Assembly (NCBI GenBank): GCA_963760795.1
Contig: CAVXEP010000031.1
Coordinates: 46,493 to 110,492 of the forward strand
DNA from: an uncultured delta proteobacterium
Lineage (GTDB): Bacteria; Desulfobacterota; Binatia; UBA9968
Direction of reading: 5' to 3'
Length of the DNA stretch: 64,000 nt
Positions within the stretch are counted from its first letter, which is position 1. Each line of letters begins with the position of its first letter. The notes under the pieces were generated by a model. It saw nothing but the letters and a program-made list of their open reading frames with translations. It searched no databases and was not told the DNA's origin. Shown one piece after another: positions 10,246 through 19,793 of the stretch. The position numbers and the translations under genes are program-made.

Positions 10246-10969
10246 TTGACATCCAAGCCTCTCGATAAAAAAGTTGCAGTTGTCACCGGTGCGGGCCGGG
10301 GCATTGGCCGCGCCATCGCCATCGCCCTGGGCAAAGCCGGCTGTACGGTCTACCTAACGGCGCGTACGGCGCCGGAACTGATTTCTGTACAGCAAGAGAT
10401 CCTTGCGGCAAAAGGCCAAGCTCGAATCATCCAAGCCGACCTCACCCGCGACGATGATCTGCACTCGTTGGTTCAGGCCTGCGGCTCGGTAGATTTTCTC
10501 GTCAACAATGCCGGCTGGGGCAAGCGCGCGTCGGTGCGTGCGCTCGCGCATCGACGACTGGGATCAAACATTCCGCGTCAATCTGCGCGCGCCGATGATC
10601 CTCGCCAAAGAGTTTTTGCCGGCGATGATCAAGAAAGGCGAGGGCGCGGTCGTCAATATCGGCTCGGTGTCGGGCAAAAGCGGCGAAGCCAATAGCGCCG
10701 CCTACTCAGCCTCGAAGTTCGGCCTGATCGGTTTTACCCAATCGCTCTTCGAAGAAGTCCGAGAGCATGGCATCAAAGTCGCGGTGATTTTGCCGGGTTT
10801 CGTCGACACACCGATGATTCCGCCGGTGAAACATCTGGACCGCAGCAAGATGATTCAAGCCGACGACATCGCTCAAGCAGTGCTCTATGTGCTCAACGCG
10901 CCAGCGACGGCTTGTCCCGTCGAGATTACAATTCGACCGCAGCGCACGCCTGGAGGTAACTCTAATTAG
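10246..10969 (+). CDS. Short-chain dehydrogenase/reductase (frameshift near 10540, probably a sequencing error)
   Basis: TGAGRGIG and NNAG in ORF 10246; YSASK in ORF 10508. Confidence 0.85.
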
Positions 10970-10988
10970 CCGGCGGATTGGTTAGTTA

Positions 10989-11020
10989 ATTGAATCGAAC
11001 GAAGCGTCTTACAGTTCAAT
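10989..11020 (+). repeat. Type-1 ATTGAACTG-armed site, copy A
   Basis: ATTGAATCGAACGAAGCGTCTTACAGTTCAAT; 19/20 identical to 50314-50333. Confidence 0.65.
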
Positions 11021-11220
11021 CCTGAGGTCGGGACTAGGATGTCGGCTCGCCACAACTCCTGAACAATTCTTTAATCTAGAGGCGCAGATTAAACTGTTTT
11101 TTTATCAGTTATCTCTCCTGCTACCGAGCCGCTCGGACTCCCCTCAGGATTTGACAGCAAAAACCATAAACTGTAACCCTATAGGAAAGAAATTCTAAAG
11201 TTGTTTGTGGAGGAGATCCG

Positions 11221-12286
11221 ATGTCCATGATCGATGCCGATACTCATGTCGACGAGTGCGAAGAAACCTGGAAAAAGTTAGAGGGGACGCAATACGCCAA
11301 GTACATTCCGGTGACGACGACGATGCCGCCGGACGAGGCTACACGGGCCGGCTACAATCCGACCAACAGCCGCTGTTGGGTGGTCGAAGGGAGGCTGCAA
11401 AATCGGGCGATCCGCGATGATATCAACCATCCTCCCCGGGTATTTCGCGAGCTTCAGGACGTGGCGGGCCGGGTCGCGCACATGGACAAGATGGGCGTCG
11501 CCGTGCAGGTGATCTTCCCGACGTTTTTCATCCGTTACAATACCAGCAACGCCGAGGCGGAATTGGCGTTGACCACGACCTACAACCGTTGGATTGCCGA
11601 GAAATGCGCGGCGACCAATGGGCGGCTGCGCTGGGCGGCGGTGCTGCCGTTCCTTAGTCCCGACAAAGCCGTTGCCGAGGTGCGTTGGGCGAAAGAGCAT
11701 GGCGCCTGCGGCATTTTCAAGCGCGGCTTCGACCTTGACCGGTATGTGACCGATCCGCACTTCTTTCCAGTTTATGAGGAGGCCAGCGCCCTCGACCTGC
11801 CGCTGTGCATTCACACCGGCCATCCGCTCCCGGGCCATGAATGGGACCGCGGCTTTCCGATCATGTATTCCTGTTACGCCGTGGTCAGTTCCGGGGTCGC
11901 CAAGAAGTTTCCCAAACTAAGATTTGGTTTCATCGAGTCGGGAGCGTCCTGGATTCCCTATACCATCTCCCAGTTGGGCGCGGTGAAACGCCAATCGCTG
12001 CGCGGTCAAGGGGACGCGCTTGCCCAATCTTTATGAATTGGAACCCGAGATGTTCCGCGCCAACCGGTTGTTCGTCACCATCGACCCGATCGACGACATC
12101 GAGTCGATTCTCAAGTTCGGCACGGAGGACAACCTGATGATCGGCACCGACTATAGCCACACCGACATCTCCGCCAACCTGAGCGCTTTGGACGAGGTGC
12201 GCGGCTGGGTCGACGAAGGCCGGATCAACAGCACCCAGGCGCACAAGATTCTCGAGAGCAACTCCAAGGAGTTCTACCGGCTGTAA
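11221..12286 (+). CDS. Amidohydrolase_2 family protein (frameshift near 12010)
   Basis: IDADTH, IHTG, FIESGASW and GTDYSH motifs across ORFs 11221 and 12020. Confidence 0.85.
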
Positions 12287-12313
12287 AGAATTCGGACTCC
12301 GAATCGGATTGTT

Positions 12314-12467
12314 AGCCGCAAAGAACGCAAAGGGCACAAAAAAGAATTCGGAATATCTCCCGCAAAGGCGCCCAGGCCGCAAAGTTCAGAGCAGAAAGGG
12401 AAACCTATCCTCTCGAACCTTTATCATTCTCCTCCGAACTTGGCGTCTTTGCGCCTTGGCGGGAGAA
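12314..12467. repeat. Intergenic inverted repeat family (CGCAAAG...CTTTGCG); relatives at 30999-31085 and 61905-61933
   Basis: TCTCCCGCAAAGGCGCCCAGGCCGCAAAGTTC versus GAACTTGGCGTCTTTGCGCCTTGGCGGGAGA. Confidence 0.7.
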
Positions 12468-12590
12468 AGATCGTAATCCAACGGTTCGACGTAGGCGCGG
12501 GTTTGAATCCCACCCATACTTTTTTGTTGAACAACTTCCTAAAGAATTCCATGTTTGCGCCGATGGATGCTTAAAGGCATATCTGCGCGC

Positions 12591-13346
12591 ATGGCTAAAA
12601 ACCTTCCCAACTACTACATTATTCTTCGAGTTCAGCACAACGCATCGGTGGATACGATCAAAGCGAGTTATCGCACGCTAATGGTGACGATGAAGATGCA
12701 CCCGGATCTGGGCGGCGATCACGAAGTCGCGGCACAGATCAACGAAGCCTACGCGGTGCTCAAGGATGTGGCGAAACGGGCTAAATACGACCGCATGTAT
12801 TTGCTGCAACGGCTTCAGGCGGCACAGATGGCCGCACGCGAGCGGGAGCAAAGAACCGCAAACGCCGCCCGCCCGACTGCCGGATCGGCAAGACGGGAGA
12901 ATCCTGCGCCGCATGACGGTGATCGGAAAGCCGGTCATTGTCCTTTCTGCGATTCCGTGCTGCCCAATCGGATCACATCGGCGAGCCGCTGTGAGCGCTG
13001 CCGAAGCCCATTATTTACGCCGCCAAAGGCGGGATCGTTCGGTCGTGAAATTTTTGGCCGGCGTGGCACACCGCGCATACCGAAGAGCCACTTCGCCACT
13101 GTCCACCCGAAGGGGCAGGCGCAAGCCATGACCGTCAAGATGCGCGACCTATCTTTGACCGGGATAAGTTTTTACTCGGAAATCGCCCTTGAGCGTGAAC
13201 AGATTTTTAAGTTTCGCGATGCGTCCCTGGAAGCCCTCGCTGTGGTGGTGTCGAGCGGCAAGCGCGGCCAGTGGTATTCAGTACACGCGAGACTGCTAAC
13301 GGTTTCCTTTCACCAGGTTGGTGTCTTTGTGTCGGCCAGTCGATAG
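12591..13346 (+). CDS. J-domain protein with Zn ribbon and C-terminal PilZ domain
   Basis: NYY.IL, HPD, INEAYAVL; CPFC...CERC; RRGTPR and DLSLTG (PilZ RxxxR / DxSxxG). Confidence 0.8.
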   Translation: MAKNLPNYYIILRVQHNASVDTIKASYRTLMVTMKMHPDLGGDHEVAAQINEAYAVLKDVAKRAKYDRMYLLQRLQAAQMAAREREQRTANAARPTAGSARRENPAPHDGDRKAGHCPFCDSVLPNRITSASRCERCRSPLFTPPKAGSFGREIFGRRGTPRIPKSHFATVHPKGQAQAMTVKMRDLSLTGISFYSEIALEREQIFKFRDASLEALAVVVSSGKRGQWYSVHARLLTVSFHQVGVFVSASR

Positions 13347-13395
13347 AGTTCAGCGCCAATAGTTCAATGAAAAATTCGCCGCGTTGATCGAGTGA

Positions 13396-13484
13396 ATCTC
13401 CCCCTTTTGAAAAAGGGGCAAGGGGAATTTTCTCGAGGGTACAATCCCAAATCCCCTTAGTCCGCCTTTTTTCAAAGGGGAGAT
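13396..13484. repeat. Intergenic nested palindrome (CCCCCTTTTGAAAAAGGGG family)
   Basis: Two copies in inverted arrangement between convergent genes. Confidence 0.65.
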
Positions 13485-13520
13485 TCCCAACATTTTACTA
13501 AACGTGGCTCAGAATTCTGG

Positions 13521-14198
13521 CTATGCACAAAGCTCAGCTAGTCGGGCCAGCCCCACTTCTTCGAGACTTTTCACGATCAGATTAGCCTCTCCGAGCAGTT
13601 CAGCTGCATGGGAGTTGGTGACCGCCAGACACTTCATGCCGGCGCTACGGGCGCCTTTGATGCCTTCTTTGGAATCTTCGATGACGACGCATTCACTGGC
13701 TTGGATGGTGTCACTGTCCTGCGCATTCAACGCTGCCAGCGCTTGCAAAAAAATATCCGGTTCCGGCTTGCCCCGTTCGACGTCCTCGGCGCTGACGACG
13801 GCTTTGAAGTGATGGATTAAGTTTGCGGCAGTGAGGATGGTTTCGATCTCGTTGCGCAGGGCACCGGATGCCACGGCCAGCGGCAGACTTTGCGCCAAAT
13901 CGGCGACCAGTTTCTTGACGCCAGGAAAGATCGCCACATGATTGCGGATCGCTTCCTGGTAGTAGACGGCTTTGCGCGCGATTAATTCCGCCAGCTTCTC
14001 TTGGCTCAAGGGCCGGTTGTGCTCGCGATAACCGAAGCTGAAGGCGCCACGGTCGTCGAAGCCCAGATAGCGGGCATAGTAGGCGTCATTAGTTAACTCA
14101 ATGCCTTCTTCGGCAAGAACCTTTTGGAACAGTTCGAAGTGAATCGGCTCGTCGTCGACGATGATGCCATTGAAATCGAAAATGACCGCGCGCAGCAT
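13521..14198 (-). CDS. HAD-superfamily phosphatase (subfamily IA)
   Basis: FDFNG, KPEPD and IEDS motifs. Confidence 0.9.
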   Translation of the reverse strand: MLRAVIFDFNGIIVDDEPIHFELFQKVLAEEGIELTNDAYYARYLGFDDRGAFSFGYREHNRPLSQEKLAELIARKAVYYQEAIRNHVAIFPGVKKLVADLAQSLPLAVASGALRNEIETILTAANLIHHFKAVVSAEDVERGKPEPDIFLQALAALNAQDSDTIQASECVVIEDSKEGIKGARSAGMKCLAVTNSHAAELLGEANLIVKSLEEVGLARLAELCA

Positions 14199-14257
14199 GC
14201 CGTTAACTTACAGGATTCGTCTTTTGTTTCAACGCGATCTGCGCTAGATAGGAATCC

Positions 14258-14809
14258 ATGGCAGCAGATCATCATGAGGCGCACCACGCCGGCCATGGGC
14301 ATGGCCATATCGAGTACCGGTTTTGTCCGAAGTGTGGCGGTGGGTTGGATAAGAAGATAGTCAAAGCGAGCGAGCCGAGACGGTTGGTTTGCCAAGCCTG
14401 TGCATTTATTTTCTACCAGGATCCCAAAGTCGTCGCCGGCACGGTGTTCACGCTGAACGGCGGCATTGTCCTGCTCAAGCGTGGCGTCGAGCCGGCGCTG
14501 GGCAAGTGGGTGTTTCCCGGCGGTTACGTCGACCGCGGCGAGAGCGTGCAAGACGCGGCGGTGCGTGAGACCAAGGAAGAATGCTTGCTCGACGTCAAGC
14601 TCGGGCCGCTGCTTAATGTTTACTCCTATCCGCGGTCGCCCAATGTCATCGTCGTCTACACGGCGGAAGTGGTCGGCGGCACGCTGACGGCCGCCGATGA
14701 GTCGACCGATGCCGCAATCTTTGCGCCCAAAGAAATGCCCTGGCATGAGCTCGCCTTCGACAGCACCAGGGACGCGCTTAACGACTACATTCGCGCTTAT
14801 CTAAAGTAG
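14258..14809 (+). CDS. Zn-ribbon NUDIX hydrolase with His-rich N-terminus
   Basis: CPKC...CQAC; Nudix box GGYVDRGESVQDAAVRETKEE. Confidence 0.9.
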   Translation: MAADHHEAHHAGHGHGHIEYRFCPKCGGGLDKKIVKASEPRRLVCQACAFIFYQDPKVVAGTVFTLNGGIVLLKRGVEPALGKWVFPGGYVDRGESVQDAAVRETKEECLLDVKLGPLLNVYSYPRSPNVIVVYTAEVVGGTLTAADESTDAAIFAPKEMPWHELAFDSTRDALNDYIRAYLK

Positions 14810-14922
14810 CGGATCGTTTGAAAGTTTCTGAGGCTCTGGATGCCGGCCTGCGCCGGCATGACGGATTTGGGTTGATACATCACTGACATTTGGGTCAGTG
14901 GATTTGCTCGCCAAACAACAAA

Positions 14923-14954
14923 AGGCCCGCGAGCTTGAATCAAGCTGCGGGCCT
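14923..14954. terminator. Hairpin terminator between convergent genes
   Basis: AGGCCCGC(G)AGCTTGA / TCAAGCTGCGGGCCT preceded by an A-run. Confidence 0.6.
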
Positions 14955-14976
14955 CACTGCTTTATTGCGGATCAGG

Positions 14977-15285
14977 CTAACCTAAATCGACCAGTACGTC
15001 ATCGCCTTCGACTTGGACGTCATACTTTTCCGTGGGCAGGGCCGGTATCAATTCGTTTTCGCCGGTGGTGACGTTGTAGCGCCAGCCATGCCAGGGACAG
15101 ATCACGGTGGTACCATCCAGCTCACCTTCGGCGAGCGGGCCGCCGCGGTGGCCGCAGACATCGTTGATCGCGTAGAACTTGCCGTCGACATTGAACACAC
15201 CCACGGCTTTGCCGTCGATCTCTAAGCTTTTGCCGCAACCGCCTTTGACTTCATCGGTTTTGCAGACTTTTACGAAATTGGCCAT
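14977..15285 (-). CDS. Rieske [2Fe-2S] ferredoxin
   Basis: CGH...CPWH motif. Confidence 0.95.
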   Translation of the reverse strand: MANFVKVCKTDEVKGGCGKSLEIDGKAVGVFNVDGKFYAINDVCGHRGGPLAEGELDGTTVICPWHGWRYNVTTGENELIPALPTEKYDVQVEGDDVLVDLG

Positions 15286-15348
15286 TGCCGAAGTTCCTTT
15301 CTGAGCTGGAGCAAATTTCCGCCTAATATACGGAGTTGAGACATGGAT

Positions 15349-16440
15349 TCAAGGGCCGGGGTATGCGGCGGGGACGATCGGTCTTGTGGTTAGGGTCGCG
15401 GCGAATTCACTGCCGCCATGGCTTACGGTCAACTTGGTGCCCGGCGTCCAGCAGTCTTTGTTGACGTAAGCCCAAGGCAATTGGCCGGTGCAGTGCGAAG
15501 GAGACGACGGAGCTGGTGATCTGGCCGACCTCTTTGTTGCCGGCGCTGATCTTGTCGCCAGGGCTTGCCGGCGTGTCACCATCGAGCAAGAGCCCGCAGA
15601 GTTTCTTGTTGACATGGCCGCGCGAGCGGATGCGCTCGACCACTTCCTGGCCCAAATAACAGCCCTTGGTGAAACTCACGGCGTCATCCAAGGCAACTTC
15701 AAGTAGCAGATTATCTTCGGAGAAATCAATACCGTACCGAGGAATACCGGCTTCGATGCGCAAGATATTCTGTGCCTGTTCGCCGACCCAGGCGGCGCCC
15801 AGTTCGGTTAACCGTTGAGCAAAGCCCGCGAGCTGAGAAGTTTGCACGATCAGATCGAAGCCGTCATGGCCCGTACGATCGGCGCGCACGACGCAGACCG
15901 GAGTGGCGTCGAATTGCACCATGCCATGGTGATTAGGTTGCAGCCGGCAGCTCGGCGTTGGCAAACAGCTTGGTCAAGCATCACTTGCGCCCGTGGCCCC
16001 TGCAGCGACAGCATTTTCCATTGCTCATTGGGATCGTGGATCTCCACGTCGTCGGCGACTAGATAGCGATTGAGATGGGTGAGAATCTTTTCTTTCAGCG
16101 GCTCCCAAAAGTCCAGGTAGAAAGAGTTCAGCGAACACAACACGCGCAGGTCGGCGACCACCTTGCCTTGTTGGGTAAGAATCGTGGCCTGCTGGCCGTC
16201 GAACATTTTTAGCGGTCGCAGATCGTTGGATAGCATGCCTTGCAGATAAGGCAGCCGGTCCTCGCCGGTGAATTGCAGCATGGCGCGATTGGCTAGGTCG
16301 AACAGGCCGGCGGATTCACGAACCGATTTGTATTCGCTCGCCGGATCGCCGAAATGGTCGGGCAATCGCCAGCCATCCCGTTCGATGAAAGTCGCCCCCT
16401 GGCGTTCGTGCAAATCCGCTAGTGTCGATCGCTTTGCCAT
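15349..16440 (-). CDS. GcvT/YgfZ-type folate-binding aminomethyltransferase family protein (two frameshifts)
   Basis: GLFDL, LSLQGP, RIEAG and KGCYLGQE motifs spread over ORFs 15850, 15407 and 15349. Confidence 0.85.
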
Positions 16441-16559
16441 AGCTGGGAAAATATACCGTCATGCGTTGCCATTGACAATGCCAATGGCCGCTTCTCGATC
16501 ATTGATAGATAGTTCACCGGTGTGATAGACAGATAATATCTTAAGATGGAGGTGTCTTC

Positions 16560-17028
16560 ATGGCAGGACTTGAAGGGCAAAAAGCGCCGGCGTTCACCTT
16601 GGCGGGGAGCGACGGCAAACAACATTCGCTAGCTGAGTACGCTGGCAAAAACGTCATTCTGTGGTTTTATCCGAAAGACGATACACCTGGCTGAACCAAA
16701 GAAGCGTGCGGGTTCCGCGACGCTATCGATACCGTTACGCAAAGCCAATACCGTGGTTGTGGGTGTCAGCCCGGATGGCATCGATTCGCATAATCAGTTC
16801 ATTAGCAAGTTTAACCTGCCGTTTATGCTGCTCGCCGACCAGCAGAAAGATACCATGAAGGCCTATGGCGCCTGGGGACCGCGCAAAAATGCCGCGGGCG
16901 AAGTCTCGGAAGGGACGATTCGCTCGACCGCTTTGATCGGCCCCGATGGCACGGTAAAGAAGCATTGGATTCCTGTCACTGATCCCGGCGCGCATCCGGC
17001 TGAAGTTTTGGAATTCCTCGGTAAGTAA
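16560..17028 (+). CDS. bcp: BCP/PrxQ peroxiredoxin, predicted selenoprotein (Sec at TGA 16692-16694; one extra base near 16732)
   Basis: GGAGG RBS, then MAGLEGQKAPAF...YPKDDTPG-TGA-TKEACGFRD; aligns with DNTPGCTKEACGFRD of the paralogue at 20662; continues into ORF 16753..17028. Confidence 0.85.
16703..16724 (+). promoter_or_regulatory. Candidate bacterial SECIS hairpin
   Basis: AGCGT-GCGG [GTT] CCGC-(G)-ACGCT, starting 8 nt after the TGA; the Cys paralogue lacks the lower stem. Confidence 0.65.
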
Positions 17029-17044
17029 GTAATCGAAAACCGTA

Positions 17045-17090
17045 GCTGAGGGAGCGCTGCCGATTTTTCATGATGGCGCGCTCCCTCAGC
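17045..17090 (+). terminator. Strong stem-loop between the Sec-Prx and LysR genes
   Basis: 13-bp perfect stem GCTGAGGGAGCGC/GCGCTCCCTCAGC, no U-tail. Confidence 0.5.
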
Positions 17091-17110
17091 GGCGAACCTC
17101 TCGGCATTCC

Positions 17111-18023
17111 ATGGCGAAAATCAAAGCCGACCTCGATCTCCACAAATTAGAAATTTTCTACTGGGTCGCTGAACATAAGAGTTTTTCTCAGGCTGCCGAG
17201 CTGCTCTCACTGCGCCAGCCCACTATCAGCGCGCATGTCCAAGAGCTCGAAAAAGCGGTTGGCGGCAAACTGCTCTACCGCATGCCGGGCAAGATCAGTC
17301 TGACGCCATTGGGCCTCATGCTCGCCGAACGGGCGAAGAATCTGCTCGCCTTCAAACGCGAAACCGTTGCCGCTGTGGAGCAGTTTCACGGCACCCTCAG
17401 CGGCGAGCTTTGGGTCGGCGGCAGCAGTGTTCCCGGCGAATATCTCCTGCCGCAAAAGCTCGGCGAGTTCACCAAAAAATTCCCCCAGGTAAAACCGATC
17501 CTGCGCATCGGCGATTCCGCCGGCGTGATCGCCGATCTGTTGGACGGCAAAGTTGAGATCGGCTTTGTCGGTTTTAACGACGATGACGACCGGCTCATTT
17601 TCGAAAAGATCTGGGACGATGAAATGATCGTGGCCGTGCCCAAAGGCCATCCATGGAGTACGCGGAAGGCGATTGAAGTCGCGCGATTTGCGCAGTGAAA
17701 AATTCATCTCCCGCGAACACGGCTCGGGCACGCTGGACTCAATCGGGAAATTGCTCGCCAGGCGTAAACAGCCTGCCCGTGAGCTATTGAACATCACCAT
17801 GGAACTCGGCAGCACGGCGGCCGTGAAAGAAGCTTTGATGGCCGGTTACGGTTTTTCGATTCTATCACGCATATCGATTCGCCATGAGCTCGACCAAGGC
17901 AGCATCGTCGAGGTGCCGATCCGCGGCGTGAAACTCGAACGGGGCTTTTACCAAGTTTTTCATAGCCGCCGGCCGTTCCATCCCATCGCCCAAGCGTTTC
18001 GCGATTTTCTCAAACGCCGATAA
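17111..18023 (+). CDS. LysR-family regulator, CysL-like / selenium-metabolism-associated type (frameshift near 17675)
   Basis: HTH SFSQAAELLSLRQPTISAHV; GGSSVPGEYLLP, GDS, SREHGSGT and ELGSTAAVKE motifs. Confidence 0.85.
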
Positions 18024-18068
18024 CTGCGGCAGTTTTTTTCATCGAAATTTTTATCTCCGCGGTCTTAC

Positions 18069-18083
18069 ATAGCTAATTTCTAT
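18069..18083 (+). promoter_or_regulatory. LysR-type box ATAG-N7-CTAT
   Basis: ATAGCTAATTTCTAT (T-N11-A dyad) 30 nt upstream of the 18114 start. Confidence 0.6.
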
Positions 18084-18113
18084 TTAGTATATAGCCTAAA
18101 TGGAGGACAAGTT

Positions 18114-19472
18114 ATGGCACTGCCGTTAAAGAGCCGCGGTCCGAGCGCTGCCGAGCAGTTGCGTGACAGGTTGGTCGATGCCTGGGCGCGTTCAGACAAG
18201 CTTTTCAACATCGTTGGCACGGGCCAAAGTTTAACCAAGCCGATCGTTTGGCGTCATCCGTTTATTTTTTACATCGGTCACTTGCCGGCGTTTTCCTGGA
18301 ACCAGGTTTGCGGCGGTATTCTGCAATGGCCGTCTTTCAACGCTTATTATGACGATCTGTTCTGCCGCGGTATCGATCCCGACGTCGACACCGGCGAATG
18401 CCACTGGCACCCGGAGGTTCCGGAAGAATGGCCAAGTCTTGAGCAAACCGTCAGATATCGTGACCGGGTCCGGCGCGCGCTTTTAGAGTCTACCGAAGCG
18501 ATTGCCTATTGTCGTTCCAGCGATCTGTTGGCCCAAGGCGGGCGCGTCTTTGAGCTGATCTTGGAGCATGAATACATGCATCAAGAGACTTTGCTCTACA
18601 TGATGCAGCAGATGGCGCCTGGCGATAAAGTCCGGCCGCGAGAATCTTTCCGTTACTCATTCGGGCGCGCCGCGAGGGTGGAAAGCATTCGCATACCGCG
18701 TGGCAAAGCCCGGCTGGGAGCGTGCTTCGAGGATCTCACTTTCGGTTGGGACAATGAGTTCTCTGATATCACGGTTGATGTCGCAGGCTTCGCGATGGAC
18801 TCTTTGCCGGTTACCAATGGCGAATATCTCGAGTTTGTTCTTTCCGGTGGGTACGCGGCGCGCCGCTACTGGCGCGCGGATGATTGGCACTGGAAGGAAC
18901 TGGAGAAGAAACAGCATCCGACCGGTTGGTGTAAGCAGGATCACACCTGGTCATACCGTGCCATGTTCGACCACTTACCGTTGGAACAAGTGGCTAGCTG
19001 GCCTGTCTACGTAAGTCTGGCGGAAGCGCGCGCCTATGCAGCTTGGCGCGGCAAACGCTTGCCGACGGAAGCCGAATATCATCGCGCCGCTTATTACGGT
19101 CCGGACGAACGGGAGTCGACTTATCCCTGGGGTGACGCGCAGCCGACAGCGCGGCACGGCAACTTCAATTTTACCGCCTGGTCGCCACAGCCGGTCGGCT
19201 CGCACCCCGCGGGTGCGAGCCGTTGGGGAGTTCAAGAGCTGGTCGGTAATGGTTGGGAGCTGACCGATACACCGTTCGCGCCGTTGCCGGGGTTCACGCC
19301 TTATATGACGACCTATCCCGACTATTCCAAGGATTTCTTTGACGGCAAACATTTTGTCGTCAAAGGCGCCTCCTGGGCCACCGATGCGGGACTGCTGCGG
19401 CCAAGTTTTCGCAATTGGTATCAAGCACATTATCCCTACGTGTTCGCCAAGTTTCGCTGTGTCGCGGATTGA
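18114..19472 (+). CDS. EgtB/Egt1/OvoA-family non-heme-iron sulfoxide synthase (DinB_2 + FGE-sulfatase domains)
   Basis: RHPFIFYIGHL, RGIDPDVD, EHEYMHQETL iron triad, RLPTEAE, GNGWE, FFDGKH, SFRNWYQ. Confidence 0.85.
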   Translation: MALPLKSRGPSAAEQLRDRLVDAWARSDKLFNIVGTGQSLTKPIVWRHPFIFYIGHLPAFSWNQVCGGILQWPSFNAYYDDLFCRGIDPDVDTGECHWHPEVPEEWPSLEQTVRYRDRVRRALLESTEAIAYCRSSDLLAQGGRVFELILEHEYMHQETLLYMMQQMAPGDKVRPRESFRYSFGRAARVESIRIPRGKARLGACFEDLTFGWDNEFSDITVDVAGFAMDSLPVTNGEYLEFVLSGGYAARRYWRADDWHWKELEKKQHPTGWCKQDHTWSYRAMFDHLPLEQVASWPVYVSLAEARAYAAWRGKRLPTEAEYHRAAYYGPDERESTYPWGDAQPTARHGNFNFTAWSPQPVGSHPAGASRWGVQELVGNGWELTDTPFAPLPGFTPYMTTYPDYSKDFFDGKHFVVKGASWATDAGLLRPSFRNWYQAHYPYVFAKFRCVAD

Positions 19473-19498
19473 CCCGTGCTCAATCGAAAGGATTAAAC

Positions 19499-19780
19499 AT
19501 GAAAGCTGTTTGGCAGAACACAGTCGTCGCCGAATCAAACGAAACCATCGTCGTCGAAGGCAATCATTACTTTCCGCCGGATTCGATCAAGAAGGATTGC
19601 TTCGCGCCGAGCGACACCCACAGCACTTGTCCCTGGAAAGGCTTGGCCAGTTACTATCACGTCAAGGTGGGCGAGCAAGTCAACCAAGATGCCGCTTGGT
19701 TCTATCCCGAACCGAAGGAGGCGGCCAAGTCGATCAAAGACTACGTCGCGTTCTGGCGGGGCGTGACGATCAGCGAGTAG
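19499..19780 (+). CDS. DUF427 family protein
   Basis: VEGNHYFPP, CPWKG.ASYY and AAW.YP motifs. Confidence 0.9.
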   Translation: MKAVWQNTVVAESNETIVVEGNHYFPPDSIKKDCFAPSDTHSTCPWKGLASYYHVKVGEQVNQDAAWFYPEPKEAAKSIKDYVAFWRGVTISE

Positions 19781-19793
19781 CAATTCCGCCTTG

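Noticed and set aside
11018-11152. 6S RNA
   Set aside because: Pairing is limited to the ends, it lacks the usual zapA/ygfA context, and no covariance search could be run; kept only as an unexplained inverted repeat
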